Shown here in pieces: positions 13,833 through 24,198 of a stretch of DNA of 64,000 bases. The DNA is from Takakia lepidozioides (Eukaryota; Plantae; Bryophyta): assembly GCA_030704615.1 (NCBI GenBank), contig CM060732.1, positions 74,152,001 to 74,216,000 of the forward strand. Reading direction: 5' to 3'. Position numbers and translations under genes: made by a program. The notes below the pieces were generated by a model. It made no database searches and had not been told where the DNA came from. It saw only the letters and a list, made by a program, of their open reading frames with translations. Numbering within the stretch: position 1 is the stretch's first letter; every line of letters begins with the position of its first letter.

Positions 13833-14375
13833 TGTGGCATAGCTTTCTAGGATTGTGTGCTTAGAATGTATGGTGGACAGCGATGTATATTGTGGCACGA
13901 TGCTTAGGTGCACGACAGCTGTCATGGTTTTAGTCATGGTTAACTAGAATTACCTACTTCTAGTTAACTAGGACATTTTGGATATTTATATTTGTATTTT
14001 GTGTGTTGGGACTTCATTTGGTCTCACATGCCAAGTGAGGTGTCAAACCTCACTTGGGACATGGGGATGGGTTTTTTCCCTTGTGAGTGTTGAGGAAGGC
14101 TCATCTTCTTGTAGTTGAGCCTCCATGAGCCTCTCCCACCTCCATAGCTCTAGGTATTGAGAGGGAGTGTGGTGAGGGCTTTGTAGGGTGGATTCCTTTA
14201 GCAAAGGTGCCATTGGCTTGACTTAGTTTATGTGATTGAGTGGATTCATGAGTGGAGTGTTTCCATTGTGTGTTCACTTCCATTATCTATTGTGGCATAG
14301 CTTTCTAGGATTGTGTGCTTAGAATGTGTGGTGGACAGCGATGTATATTGTGGCACGATGCTTAGGTACACGACA
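13833..14375 (+). repeat. Gypsy 3' LTR with an A-B-A structure (85-bp terminal direct repeat)
   Basis: TG...CA ends directly after the PPT. 13833-13917 is nearly identical to 14291-14375. Homologous to 36517-36962 on the minus strand. Confidence 0.88.
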
Positions 14376-15149
14376 ATGGCTATCTACTCAATGTGTTGTG
14401 GCCGTTCTTGGAGAGGGCAAGCAAGACTCCTAGTATTCCATAGTTTATGTAAGTCTAGTCCACATTTGGAATTCTTGGGTTGCTTGTGAATTGCACGAGC
14501 TCTGGGTTTCTCTTGAGTGAGCTATATAACTAGCGTATATCAGGTTGTAATGCCACTGAAGAAATTGTAATGGTTTGTGATATAGGGACCTGTGATGAAG
14601 CGGCTCCATGCTGTCAACAAGTCAGTAGAGGAGCTGGAAAGTAGCCCTCTCAAGCAGTTCTCGCAGCCGCCTGAAAGTCAACTTGGTGTAAGTCCATGAC
14701 CTTGTACTCAACGTATCAATGACATTCCTTGGATATCTTTTCCAATTTTGTTTATCTGGCCATAGGAGTGTAGACTACTGTCCTTCACGTTTGCAGTATC
14801 CTTGTGGTCATAGACTCCGCATCCAGTGGGAGACCATTGTGAGGGTTTATTGCCAAGGGTAGGTATAGAAAGTACTCATAAGACCTTGTGTTTGGCATAG
14901 CCCTTTGGGTAGGTAGGTAGAGAGAAAGAAATTGAAATGTGTGTGTGTGTATGTATGTTGTTTGCTGCAACTTTTTGGCTATAGACCTTCTTGTCTACCC
15001 TTCCTTCCTCCCCTCCATCCATCCATCCATCCCTATTAGTAGCTGCAGCCCCCCTCCCGATACTTAAGTATTGTAATGCTTGGACCTCCGTAATCTAGCC
15101 TACATGGTATTTTCACTCATTATTTTTGCTGGTGGGTGCTGGGATGACA

Positions 15150-15365
15150 GTTTAAGGTGGGAGACCAAGTTCGGCTCCATAACGTGATGTCCAAACGGAC
15201 AAAGGTTGGATTAGGGATTATATGTTCTCTGCAAGACTGCAAGGTAAGTGAGGGCTACCCTGATGTGCCAGCTGAGTATGCGGCTATATACATCAAAGAG
15301 GCATACATCACTAACGCTCCTTTACCATATCTCAACGATGTTAAGAAACACATTGTGTTGGGAAG
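15150..15365 (+). pseudogene. En/Spm (CACTA) Tnp1-like C-terminal domain fragment
   Basis: GDQVRL...KVGLGII...VPAEYAAIYIKEAYITNAPLPY pattern. Cut off where the LINE sequence begins. Confidence 0.5.
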
Positions 15366-18081
15366 AAGATGATGCCCTCTCAAATATCTGAAGGTCTCAT
15401 AACCCTGATCTATAAAAAAGGGGAGAGCAACGTGGCTAACTTCTGCCCCATCACTCTTCTCAATTCAACATACAAAATCATAGCTAAGGCACTAGCCTTA
15501 AGAATCCAACCTTTGCTGCCAAAAATCATAAGGAAGGAGCAGACATGATTCCTTAAAGACCGTATGATACTAGATAACATTTTGCTGGTGCATGAAGCCC
15601 TTCATCGAGTTTCTCTGAATCACCAACCCTTGGCCCTACTTATGTTGGATTTTGAAAAAACGTTCGATTCTATTGACTGGACTTTCCTCTTGGGTGCTTT
15701 GGATAAATCTGGTCTTGGGGGACCTTTCTTGTCATGGGTTTCAATATTACTGCAGTCTGCTTCCAGTAAAGTATTGGTCAATGGTGTCATATCCCAGGCC
15801 TTCCTTATTTCTAGATCGGTCAGGCAAGGGTGCCCGCTGGCACCCTTCCTTTTCCTGATTGCTGCAGATTCCCTGGGACATCTCCTTGAAGCAAGGCAAG
15901 ACATTATAGGTCTCCATCTCCCTTCATTCGTGCCAGAGATGGTTAAACTATCTATGTATGCAGACGACACTACTCTGCTGTTGGATAACTCGGACAGAGT
16001 TAACATAGATAGAGCTTTGCAGACCCTACAAATATTTTGCTTGGGCTCCGGCTTGAAAGTCAACTGGCAAAAATCTATGGGTCTCCTCTCCTTGCTTCAA
16101 AATCAGGCACCTGCTTCCCACTGTGATTCATGGGAGCAAGATATTGGATTACATTGGCTCCAACCAGGTGAGTCACACACATTGCTGGGCCATCAAATTG
16201 GTATAAATCTTATCCAACAGAGTAGGATGCAAGCTATGATTTCTAACCTCAAGAGATCTCTAGCTCATTGGAGTTCTTCCATGCTTTCTATTGCGGGCAG
16301 AGCACTGGTGGCCAACCAAGTGCTACTGGCCTCTACTTGGTTTTCTGCTACTGTATGGGATCCAGGTACTGCAATGGTAAAGGAGATAAAGGCCCTGATT
16401 CGAAACTTCATCTGGGGCGCAACCACGCAAACCCCAGTCAGAAGGGCACACATCTCTTGGGATCAGCTCTGCCAGCCAAAATCCAAAGGGGGACTTGGTA
16501 CACTTGACCCAGCGACGCCAATAAAGGCTCTTTTGGCCAAATGGGTACCTAGAGCCCTAACTCACCGCCACAGCCCATGGAGCAAGCTGATTCAACCTTA
16601 CCTTATGGGAGCTATGCCTGCTTCTTCACAGTTGTGGGCGCAGTCGTTGAGGTGGATTGTTCAAGGCAAAAACTCTCATGTGCAGCTGGGGTCTCTCCCC
16701 TGGCAATCTATATGGGCAGCCTGGCAATCAATGAGGTGCTCCCTAACCCAAAGAATCCCCACTAGTCATGCTGAGGCCATGCGTCAACCCCTCTTTGGGA
16801 ATTGTAATATGAACACTAAAGTGCTTTTGCAGCAGCGACCCAAATGGGCTTTCTGGGAGCACTGTGGCTTTACACACATAGGAAATATCTGGGAACACGA
16901 CCAGTACATCTCTGAAGCTGAAGTCACTTGGCTGTTTGGCACCAGACGCGTTTGGCCAGACTTGCTTCCAGAAATTCCAGCCTACATGGCTCCCTTGGTC
17001 ACAGCAGGTGATGAGACCTGGTCCCTGCCCATATGGATGGCCTCAACTGTCACTAGATCGAATTTTGCAATTCTGGTTCTATCGGTGCAAGATCAGATTG
17101 CTTCGGGCATTGCCTTTGCGGCGGACCCAGAGGGTGATTTGCTGGTCAGGGGCTACGTGGATGTCAATAAAAACAGCCTACATCCTATAAGAGTAGTAGA
17201 TGGTGCAGGGAACACCACCCCAACCCCAAATGGGGGTCAGGAATTTGAGTGGGCCCTGCACTCAACTTTCACCTGGTTCCTCTCGTCCCCCCCCTGGCTG
17301 CTTTGCAGTTCGACCCAGGGGAGTGGAGATGGAGGGATGACAAACAACCTTTTTTTGCCTATACTGTAAAGCTGGGTTACAAGCTACTGTGGCCAACGAT
17401 ATCTTTCCACTCCAGATGGGAGCAAAAGTGGGGACACTTGCATTTGTTACAAGCCAGTTGGGACCTGGTTTGGAAAGAAATTCGGAGGAAAGAAAGGCCG
17501 GCAAAAACCTCAGGCTTCTTGTGGAAGGTTGCCCACCGAATCCTGCCTGTACACGCCAAGACCCTCCTCCACAACACGATAACTAGCTTTGGCTGTCTTC
17601 AGGCTCCGTGTGTTTGCAGGTGGCTGTCCATGGCAATCTTTCCTGCCTGGTTCCAGACTTTTTTGGTTTTGCACATTTACCCTCGGCTCAGCCATGCACT
17701 TGTCACCGGCCTGCTGGGCTCTGGTCTTGTCTTATACCTGGCAGACATCGTGGTTACTTCCCTTCATCTTTTGCTACTTGTATCTCCTCTGTTTAGACTT
17801 GCACATACTGCTGCTTAGCAGCATTATGCAGCTCATTTCTGACTTAGTTCGTTCTGCCCTGCAACTTTGCTTAGAACTTCTCCCCATTTTATCCCACTCT
17901 GCAAAGAGTATCCCCCTCTTGGTCTATCGTTCTTTCTCTTTAGATAGCTCATATGCTAGGTTTCCCCCAGTTAGCCTCACGGCCTCCCTAGTGGTTTTTT
18001 TTTTCACATGATTGTGAACTGTTATTTAAGTAATTTGATTAAAAGGGCCCCTGTCCCCTTTCCTTTGAAAAAAAAAAAAAA
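15366..18081 (+). mobile_element. 5'-truncated L1/Tx1-type LINE (ORF2 reverse transcriptase)
   Basis: PITLLNSTYKIIAK, LDFEKTFD, VRQGCPLAP, YADD, KGGLG and FLWKVAHRILP motifs. Main ORF 15564-17369, then a frameshift. Poly(A) at 18068-18081. Confidence 0.93.
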
Positions 18082-18094
18082 CCAAAACATTTAT

Positions 18095-18310
18095 AAAAAA
18101 AAAAGCGAAACACCTGGGAGCGACAGCTCACAAATCAGGCCCCTTGATATAGAGAGGAGAAAATAACCTCTCAGTAACCTCGCCGTAAGGCTTTCCGATG
18201 CGACACTGCGCATAGACGGGGAGAAGAGCGTACCACACCCGTCAAGTAGGATTTGAACCCAGGGTCATCCGGATGGCACTCAGTGCACTTTACCAACTGA
18301 GCTACTGACT
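18095..18310 (-). mobile_element. tRNA-derived SINE
   Basis: Minus strand reads GTCAGTAGCTCAGTTGG (A box)...GCC (possible Gly anticodon)...GGTTCAAATCC (B box), then ~130 nt unrelated to tRNA, ending in a T run. Confidence 0.7.
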
Positions 18311-18322
18311 GTTGGTAAGAAC

Positions 18323-19218
18323 TAGTGTTGTGCGGTTCTTGCCATATTGAAGGAACCTCCTGTTCCGGTTCCGGATCCGGTTCTTTTTTATGAAGCAGTT
18401 CCGGTTCCGGTTCCAAAATTCATGAGCAGATTCCGGTTCCGGTTCCGGGTATTTTTTGGGAAGGAACCGCCGGTTCCAGTTTCCGGTTCCGGTTCTCTAT
18501 TTTTTGAATTTAAAAATATATATTAACTTTTTGATCGGTTTTTATAAATCTGAAAATGATTTGTGAATCCCCATTAGTTATATCAAATATTTTGACTATG
18601 TTGAAAAGAAACAACACAACACTCATTTACAAATTTATGAAATAATAATAATGCAATGTAAGCGAGTATAAATCAATGTGTGTAGAGTACACAAATAAAT
18701 CATTCTATCTCAAACAACTCGGCCTCTGCAATCAACTCCTCGTTGTCATCTATGAGGACTTCCTCATTATTCAAAAACTCGTTCATGGAAGAGCTCACCA
18801 ACACAAGAGACAAAACAACGTGTTAAAAATAAAAATAAAACCACTGCCTACGCTGCTACCTCCCCCTGCGCTGCTGCGGCCTCCCCCACACGCTGAGGCG
18901 TTGCTCCCTCCCCCGCGCTGAAGTCGCGCTACTGCAGCAGATCGCGCAGATTGAAGGTGAGAGACGATAGATCGCGGGAAAAAAAAAAGAAAAAAAAAAA
19001 CCCCTAGTTCGGGAACCGGATCCGGAACCGCCACTGACCCCGTTCTGGTTCGCAGCCGGTTCCTGGAAAAACCCGTACCCGCCGGTTCCGGTTCTGGAAC
19101 CGGCTCGTCCCTGCTCCCCGGTTCGGGTTCTTGGGCGCCGGTTCTGGTATCGGTTCCCAGGAACCGGAACCGGAACCGCCGGTTTCAACCCGCCTAAGCG
19201 GGTACCCGCACAACACTA
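18323..19218. mobile_element. Non-autonomous hAT element (MITE)
   Basis: 13-bp TIR TAGTGTTGTGCGG / CCGCACAACACTA. Perfect 8-bp TSD GTAAGAAC at 18315-18322 and 19219-19226. Dense GGAACCGG/CCGGTTCC subterminal repeats. Confidence 0.95.
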
Positions 19219-19462
19219 GTAAGAACATGAGAAGAGGCTTGCAAGTTTTTTGGTGGAATTTTTGGGCATTAGGCACTTTGGTCCCATAATTTCCCAACAA
19301 TTAGGCCAACATCTGAAAAATTCACATAATTGATTAGGCACTTTCATTTTGAATTAATTATCGCCTAAACGTTGTCCAGGGATGGTAGTTCATCCGCGGA
19401 TATGGGTGGCTGCGGATGACTGTATCTATGCACGCTGTTACGCTGTTACCTTACTCCTTGCT

Positions 19463-19482
19463 GGGGTTTAGGGTTTAGGGTT
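19463..19482 (+). promoter_or_regulatory. Short interstitial TTTAGGG repeat (telo-box-like)
   Basis: GGGGTTTAGGGTTTAGGGTT, upstream of a GA tract and of an ATG (19566) followed by a GTAAGT donor (19590). Confidence 0.4.
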
Positions 19483-19688
19483 TGAGTTCCTTTGGCACCA
19501 TCGCACCTAGCGTAGCACTGCTTGAAAGATTTCCCACAGTGGGAGAGAGAGAGAGAGAGGGGGGGATGGCGGATTGCAGCAGGAGTGTTGTAAGTATGGT
19601 TCAAACATCTCCGTGTATGCGTGTGCTTCATTTTGTTGTTTGCAAGCTGCAAATATACAGTTGAGCCTTTCGTTAGAGAGTCAAGCCA

Positions 19689-20324
19689 TTGGTTTTATTC
19701 TGGAAGGATTGTCATACAGGAGCAGGTGTGAATTTACCATACGGGCAGAGATCTGGAGATCGGCTCCAAACAGCGAGGAGCCCCACAGCATGTGACGATG
19801 AAATGGAGGTAGGTGATGATGTTGATGAGGTCTCTGAGTCCAACCCATCCACACCTCTGATGATAACTCGGCCGCGATTACTTGCTCCTGTCAGGGACTT
19901 AATAATGGAAGCCGTGGCACGGAGATATGCCAAACAGAATACTGCGGGCTTGGCCCGAGCAACATCCAATCAAAAGTTTGCTGCCGCAGAGGACAAGCAC
20001 GTTGTTGATCATTTCTCATCGGTAATTCGGGGCATTGTAAATTATTACACATTTGTGAACAAACGCTCCTCGTTATGGAAAGTAGTGTCCATCTACAGAA
20101 AGTCGTGTGCTCTAACATTGGCCAGAAAGCATAGTCTTCGATCAGCTGGGGCTGCTTACCACAAATTCGGCCCAAACTTGCGGATCTCAGACAAAGGCCA
20201 GGAGATAACATCACTATACTACCCCACTTCTCTAAAAACTACAGGAAAGTTCAACGTACGATCCCGGAGATTTAGTGAGGTAAACATATTGTATGACGCT
20301 TATGACGGATCAAGGCGGGTTTGA
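19689..20324 (+). CDS. ORF containing group II intron maturase domain X (organelle-derived fragment, no RT domain)
   Basis: RLLAPV...RATS...VIRGIVNYYTFVN...KSCALTLARKH...AYHKFGPNL is the domain-X signature. The frame is open for 211 codons; the start is uncertain. Confidence 0.7.
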   Translation: MVLFWKDCHTGAGVNLPYGQRSGDRLQTARSPTACDDEMEVGDDVDEVSESNPSTPLMITRPRLLAPVRDLIMEAVARRYAKQNTAGLARATSNQKFAAAEDKHVVDHFSSVIRGIVNYYTFVNKRSSLWKVVSIYRKSCALTLARKHSLRSAGAAYHKFGPNLRISDKGQEITSLYYPTSLKTTGKFNVRSRRFSEVNILYDAYDGSRRV

Positions 20325-20800
20325 GAGGAAGCAGACCACTCACCACAAGCATCCAAACAAGACCAACAGTGCCTGAAACATCTCCTACCAGAGTTCACAT
20401 CCAATGTAGAATTTCTGGGAAGACTTGTCTCTCTTATTGAGGGAAACATGTGAGTGCAGCAGGAGATGGAAGGCACTAGACAATGCTAACAGGAAATCCT
20501 ACGTTTGTATATCAGCACAGCAGTACCAGATTTTTGCACGCAACAAAGTTTGACACTACATACCAGTTCACGTTTGAGAAAGAAGTTCTTCAGTTATGGA
20601 TGGCAAAACCATGCTTGTGAATTATAAACCTTTTGAGATTTTGTCACTTCAGTTTGCTGTACCCACAACCTCGACTTCAATTTGCAGAGCAAAGGATTGT
20701 TTAGTCATATCTCAAAGAACAATCGGAACCGAGTGCAATAAGAGAGTAATTTTGTATGGTCGACAATACCAGTCTATGAAATGTATGTTTAGGGGTATCA

Positions 20801-22680
20801 TTGCCAGGAAGCAATGGGGTTGCAGTTATAGGTGTAAGTAGCTGCTCGGAAGAGGATGCATCACAGCTTTTGGATCGTCTTCTCCATGCCCATGTATTTG
20901 GTAGAGGGGGAAGGTCTGTGCTTCGAAACAAGGATGGCCAGGGATCCTGTGGGCTCCAACCAGCTGGTAGTTCTGCAAGAGAGTTTGAAGAGAAAGGAAA
21001 TGGAGGCCCCTCATTCTCAAGTTGGGCCGCGTAGCAGCTCGAACTCCAACGGAAGTCCTTATATCCAAGAAGAACGCACAGGAAAGCTGAAGCATTACCA
21101 TGATGAAGAGAGAGGAGTGCTTTATGCACAATTTTGTGTGGGGAGCATGGCCTCTGGACTTCCTAAAGGAGGAAAAGGTGGAAAGCTTCGCAGAAAGGCT
21201 TGAGTGTTGCGAGGCCAGCAGCTTGTGCAGTCTTTTGTTCATGTTTTCTGAAAGGTTTTGCTTTCCCACCCTCCACCTTGAAGCCCATGATTGTATTTTT
21301 TTCGCTTTTGTTTCTATATGGTGCTCAGGGCTTCATTCCATATTTGAGGGGAGATGCCAGGGGTTTCATGGGTTTTCTTTGATTCGGGTGTTTCTCTGCT
21401 GACGGACAGAATTTTTAGTGGGAAAACCCTGGTTGCATGATGTCAATGGTAGACGTTAATGTAGACCAGATTAGCATTCGGGCACAAGGACCATTGTAAT
21501 ATCAGACTGGTGTTTTTAAACCGGCTCTGGAAGAGTTAGCAGCCTGAGGTATAGCTGCAACTGTGTCAGAGCTAACATCCACAAGGCCCTATCAATCTGG
21601 GCACCTGCAGCCAACTCTGAAACTGTAATTTTTCTTATGGAAGCAACACCACCTTAATCCTAGTATTCTGATGGCACCACCATTTGGATTGGGAGATAAG
21701 GAACAAGTCAAACAGAAAGATACAAATTTTGGCTTTGATCCAACATGTGTTTTCCCCTCAGCCTAATGCCAAATCATCAGGTCTAACTCTGTTACGCCTT
21801 GTTCCCGCTCCCGCTCAAACTGAGTGCGGGGTCAATGGCCACAAGGCTACGGCAAACAACGTCTTATGAGTACAATCTGTTTGCACAGTAGCTGGAAGTT
21901 CTTGGAGAAGTTGGAAGCCAACTGTATGCATCTTAGTAATCATCTAACCTCAGTTAGTGCAGCTCCAAGCAAAGTGAAGTCAGATTGCTGATCATGGAGG
22001 CAAAGATTGTTGATTACAGGCGTACGACATCATCCCGTGTCTCTAGCCTCCAGCAATGGCTCAGGAAGGAATGCAGGTGCCACAGTGCGGCAAGCATCGA
22101 CCAAACCTCTTATGTCAGGTTCAGCCCCCATCTTGTTTCATGGGCAGTGTAGACCAGTTGCTCTGTTTGTCTGCTTGGATGATTTTCCACAGCCACCAAC
22201 TGTAGGCACCTCTGTTCCTGTCTCCAATGGATCTCGTTCTGATGACGCATCAGAGACCACAGGGGCTTCTATGAGTATGCAAACAAGGTCTGAACATTAG
22301 AGTCTGACTTGTTCAAATTGTGCAAAATATGTCCAGAATGGATTCCCCTTGGATTTTCACAGGAACAGTTCATCCAACCTATACTGATGTCAATTGGGAT
22401 TTTGCTGAGAGGGATGGTCTTTTGGCTCTGCTGCAGGGAAGAACAGGTGTCTATTAAAGCCACATTCAAGTGGGGTTGTATTTCTGCTTGCCTGTGCCTG
22501 TGGGAGGTCGAGGCGGCTGAGAAATGACCCTTTTGATTACGAGAGTGCAAATGTAACCTTCTTCCAGTTTCCCAATTGTGAGAATTTGTTGCCCTTTCTG
22601 GCTATGCAATCTAGCGACAGCGACAGCTCCCTCGGAGGGTCGGCTTGGAGTCTTGTCTCTCTCTCACTCTGCACCAGACT
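20801..22680 (+). pseudogene. SMG8: SMG8 (NMD factor) pseudogene, fragmented
   Basis: Collinear plant SMG8 motifs in different frames: GVAVIG..DASQLLDRLLHAHVFGRG (~20816), HYHDEERGVLYAQF (~21090), LLFMFS (~21235), LFHGQCRPVALFVCLDDF (~22135), KPHSSGVVFLLACACGRSRRLRNDPFDYESAN (~22457). May extend to ~23650. Confidence 0.8.
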
Positions 22681-24198
22681 GAAATTTTAATTCAGGGTGG
22701 GAATCTTGAGGGTGAGCCTAAAGCCCTGGCCCTGTTGGAGTATAATTGCTGAGCACACAGCAAGTTGATGGTTGTGCAAAGGGATATCTTGAAAACCCGA
22801 ACTAATTATCTTTATTTTAGGTGAGTCATGCCACTGGAGTGAGCCCCTCACAAAGGTAGCATCTATTTCTTGCCCTACTAGCATGGTGGTCAAGCATGGA
22901 ATATTGCAGGGGGAAGATTCAATCTGAGGTCCTTCCTCAGTTGGAGACATGGAACCGAGGAAGGACCAATTTCAAAACCTTCCACTGCTCGAAGAAAACT
23001 ATTCCTATAAGGGAGTAAGCTAGGGCAAAACGTTAGATCACAGCCATGTGTTTCTGCAGAAGAGTAATTCTGATGTATGTGTGTAATTTCTCCAAGGACT
23101 TGACTTTAAATTCAACACTATGATAGTCTGGTCTTTATGGCCCATACTTCACTGTGCTTGACCATAGCTGGGTTCTCTTGTTGCTTTATTCTGTTCAGGC
23201 TCTGCTTCAATCTGTGGACTGCAGATTTTCATCAGCTTCTTCCTCTTATTTAGCCGCAATCTGTGGATTTAGCGCGTGAGTGAGTTCTGCATCGAGCATC
23301 CGAAACCAATCATCTGAGCAGGTTGCATGTTATATTTGCTTGGTATAGGTCGCCCTCCCAGCTTTAAATCTTAGTTATTTTTCGGACTAGCTTCTCTTGT
23401 TGCTGCCACTGCAGCGCACCTGTTCTTGCCAGCTAGCTGAGGCCTAGAAGGTGGAAGTACTACTTCCTAGTTTCGTACTTAGTCATTTCTTCAGACAAGG
23501 TTCACATCTTGCTGCTGATGCAGCGCACCTGTTGTTTTCCTAGACTATTCAGGGGTGCTAGTTATCCACTTTCCAAGCCTCATGGCCTCCTGTAATAGAT
23601 ATTTTTTCCATTACCCATCATTCAGTATGAATTGCAGGGCTCATGTTCCCTTGTCAAGAAAAATCAACAACATGTGTCTGAATTGATCCACGGAAGAAAT
23701 TCAAGGACAACATGAATCAGTCAGTGTTCAAGTTGCTTGGTTTCCAAACTGTTTGATATGGACAGATAGTTACTCCAACCTAAGTGAGTGAGTGCTCTAT
23801 GCTGGGATGTTGCCAGAGTAATAAGCACCTGTGACAAGAGTTTTGATGTCAGAAAGGAGTTTGCTAAGCCAGAAGGTCAATCAAAGACCTACCAAGACTC
23901 TCATCACTCTCTGAGTAGCCTATCATCCAACAGGCCCCAGGGACAATACCCAACGGTCTATTCGTGATTGGCGCCTTGTGTCCACAATTGTTACTTTCCC
24001 GCGCTCCTCGAAACCCCTCCTCGCAGAATTTCAAACGCATGGATCCTCCGCAGGTTGCCATTCTGGTGAGGTTGCAAGGATTTCGGTCTGTTGCATTTGA
24101 TGCCGAGCAAGGGAGGTAGATGCAATCGGGCTTGTGTCCCGTAGTGATGTTGGTGTTGCTCACTTGGGTTTGAATGGCTTTCTGATTGGGTTTGACAC

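Larger units (their letters stand above)
4448..14375 (+). mobile_element. Ty3/Gypsy LTR retrotransposon with C5-DNA methyltransferase and PHD finger (degenerate, 5' LTR missing)
   Basis: gag with Zn knuckles at 6862-7665; protease LLDSGA ~8455; RT YIDDII ~11150; RNaseH (TDWS, YASR, TDHQPL) 11400-11900; integrase 12300-13260; PHD ~13425-13560; PPT TAGGGGGGCG at 13821; LTR 13833-14375. Many stops and frameshifts. The 5' boundary is approximate. Confidence 0.9.

Noticed and set aside
18238-18310. Functional tRNA-Gly gene
   Set aside because: The acceptor and anticodon stems pair poorly and the sequence continues into a SINE-like body.
18795-19300. Pro/Gly/Arg-rich ORFs
   Set aside because: They are translations of MITE subterminal GGAACC repeats.
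19463-19482. Telomere or chromosome-fusion scar
   Set aside because: Only about 2.5 repeat units.
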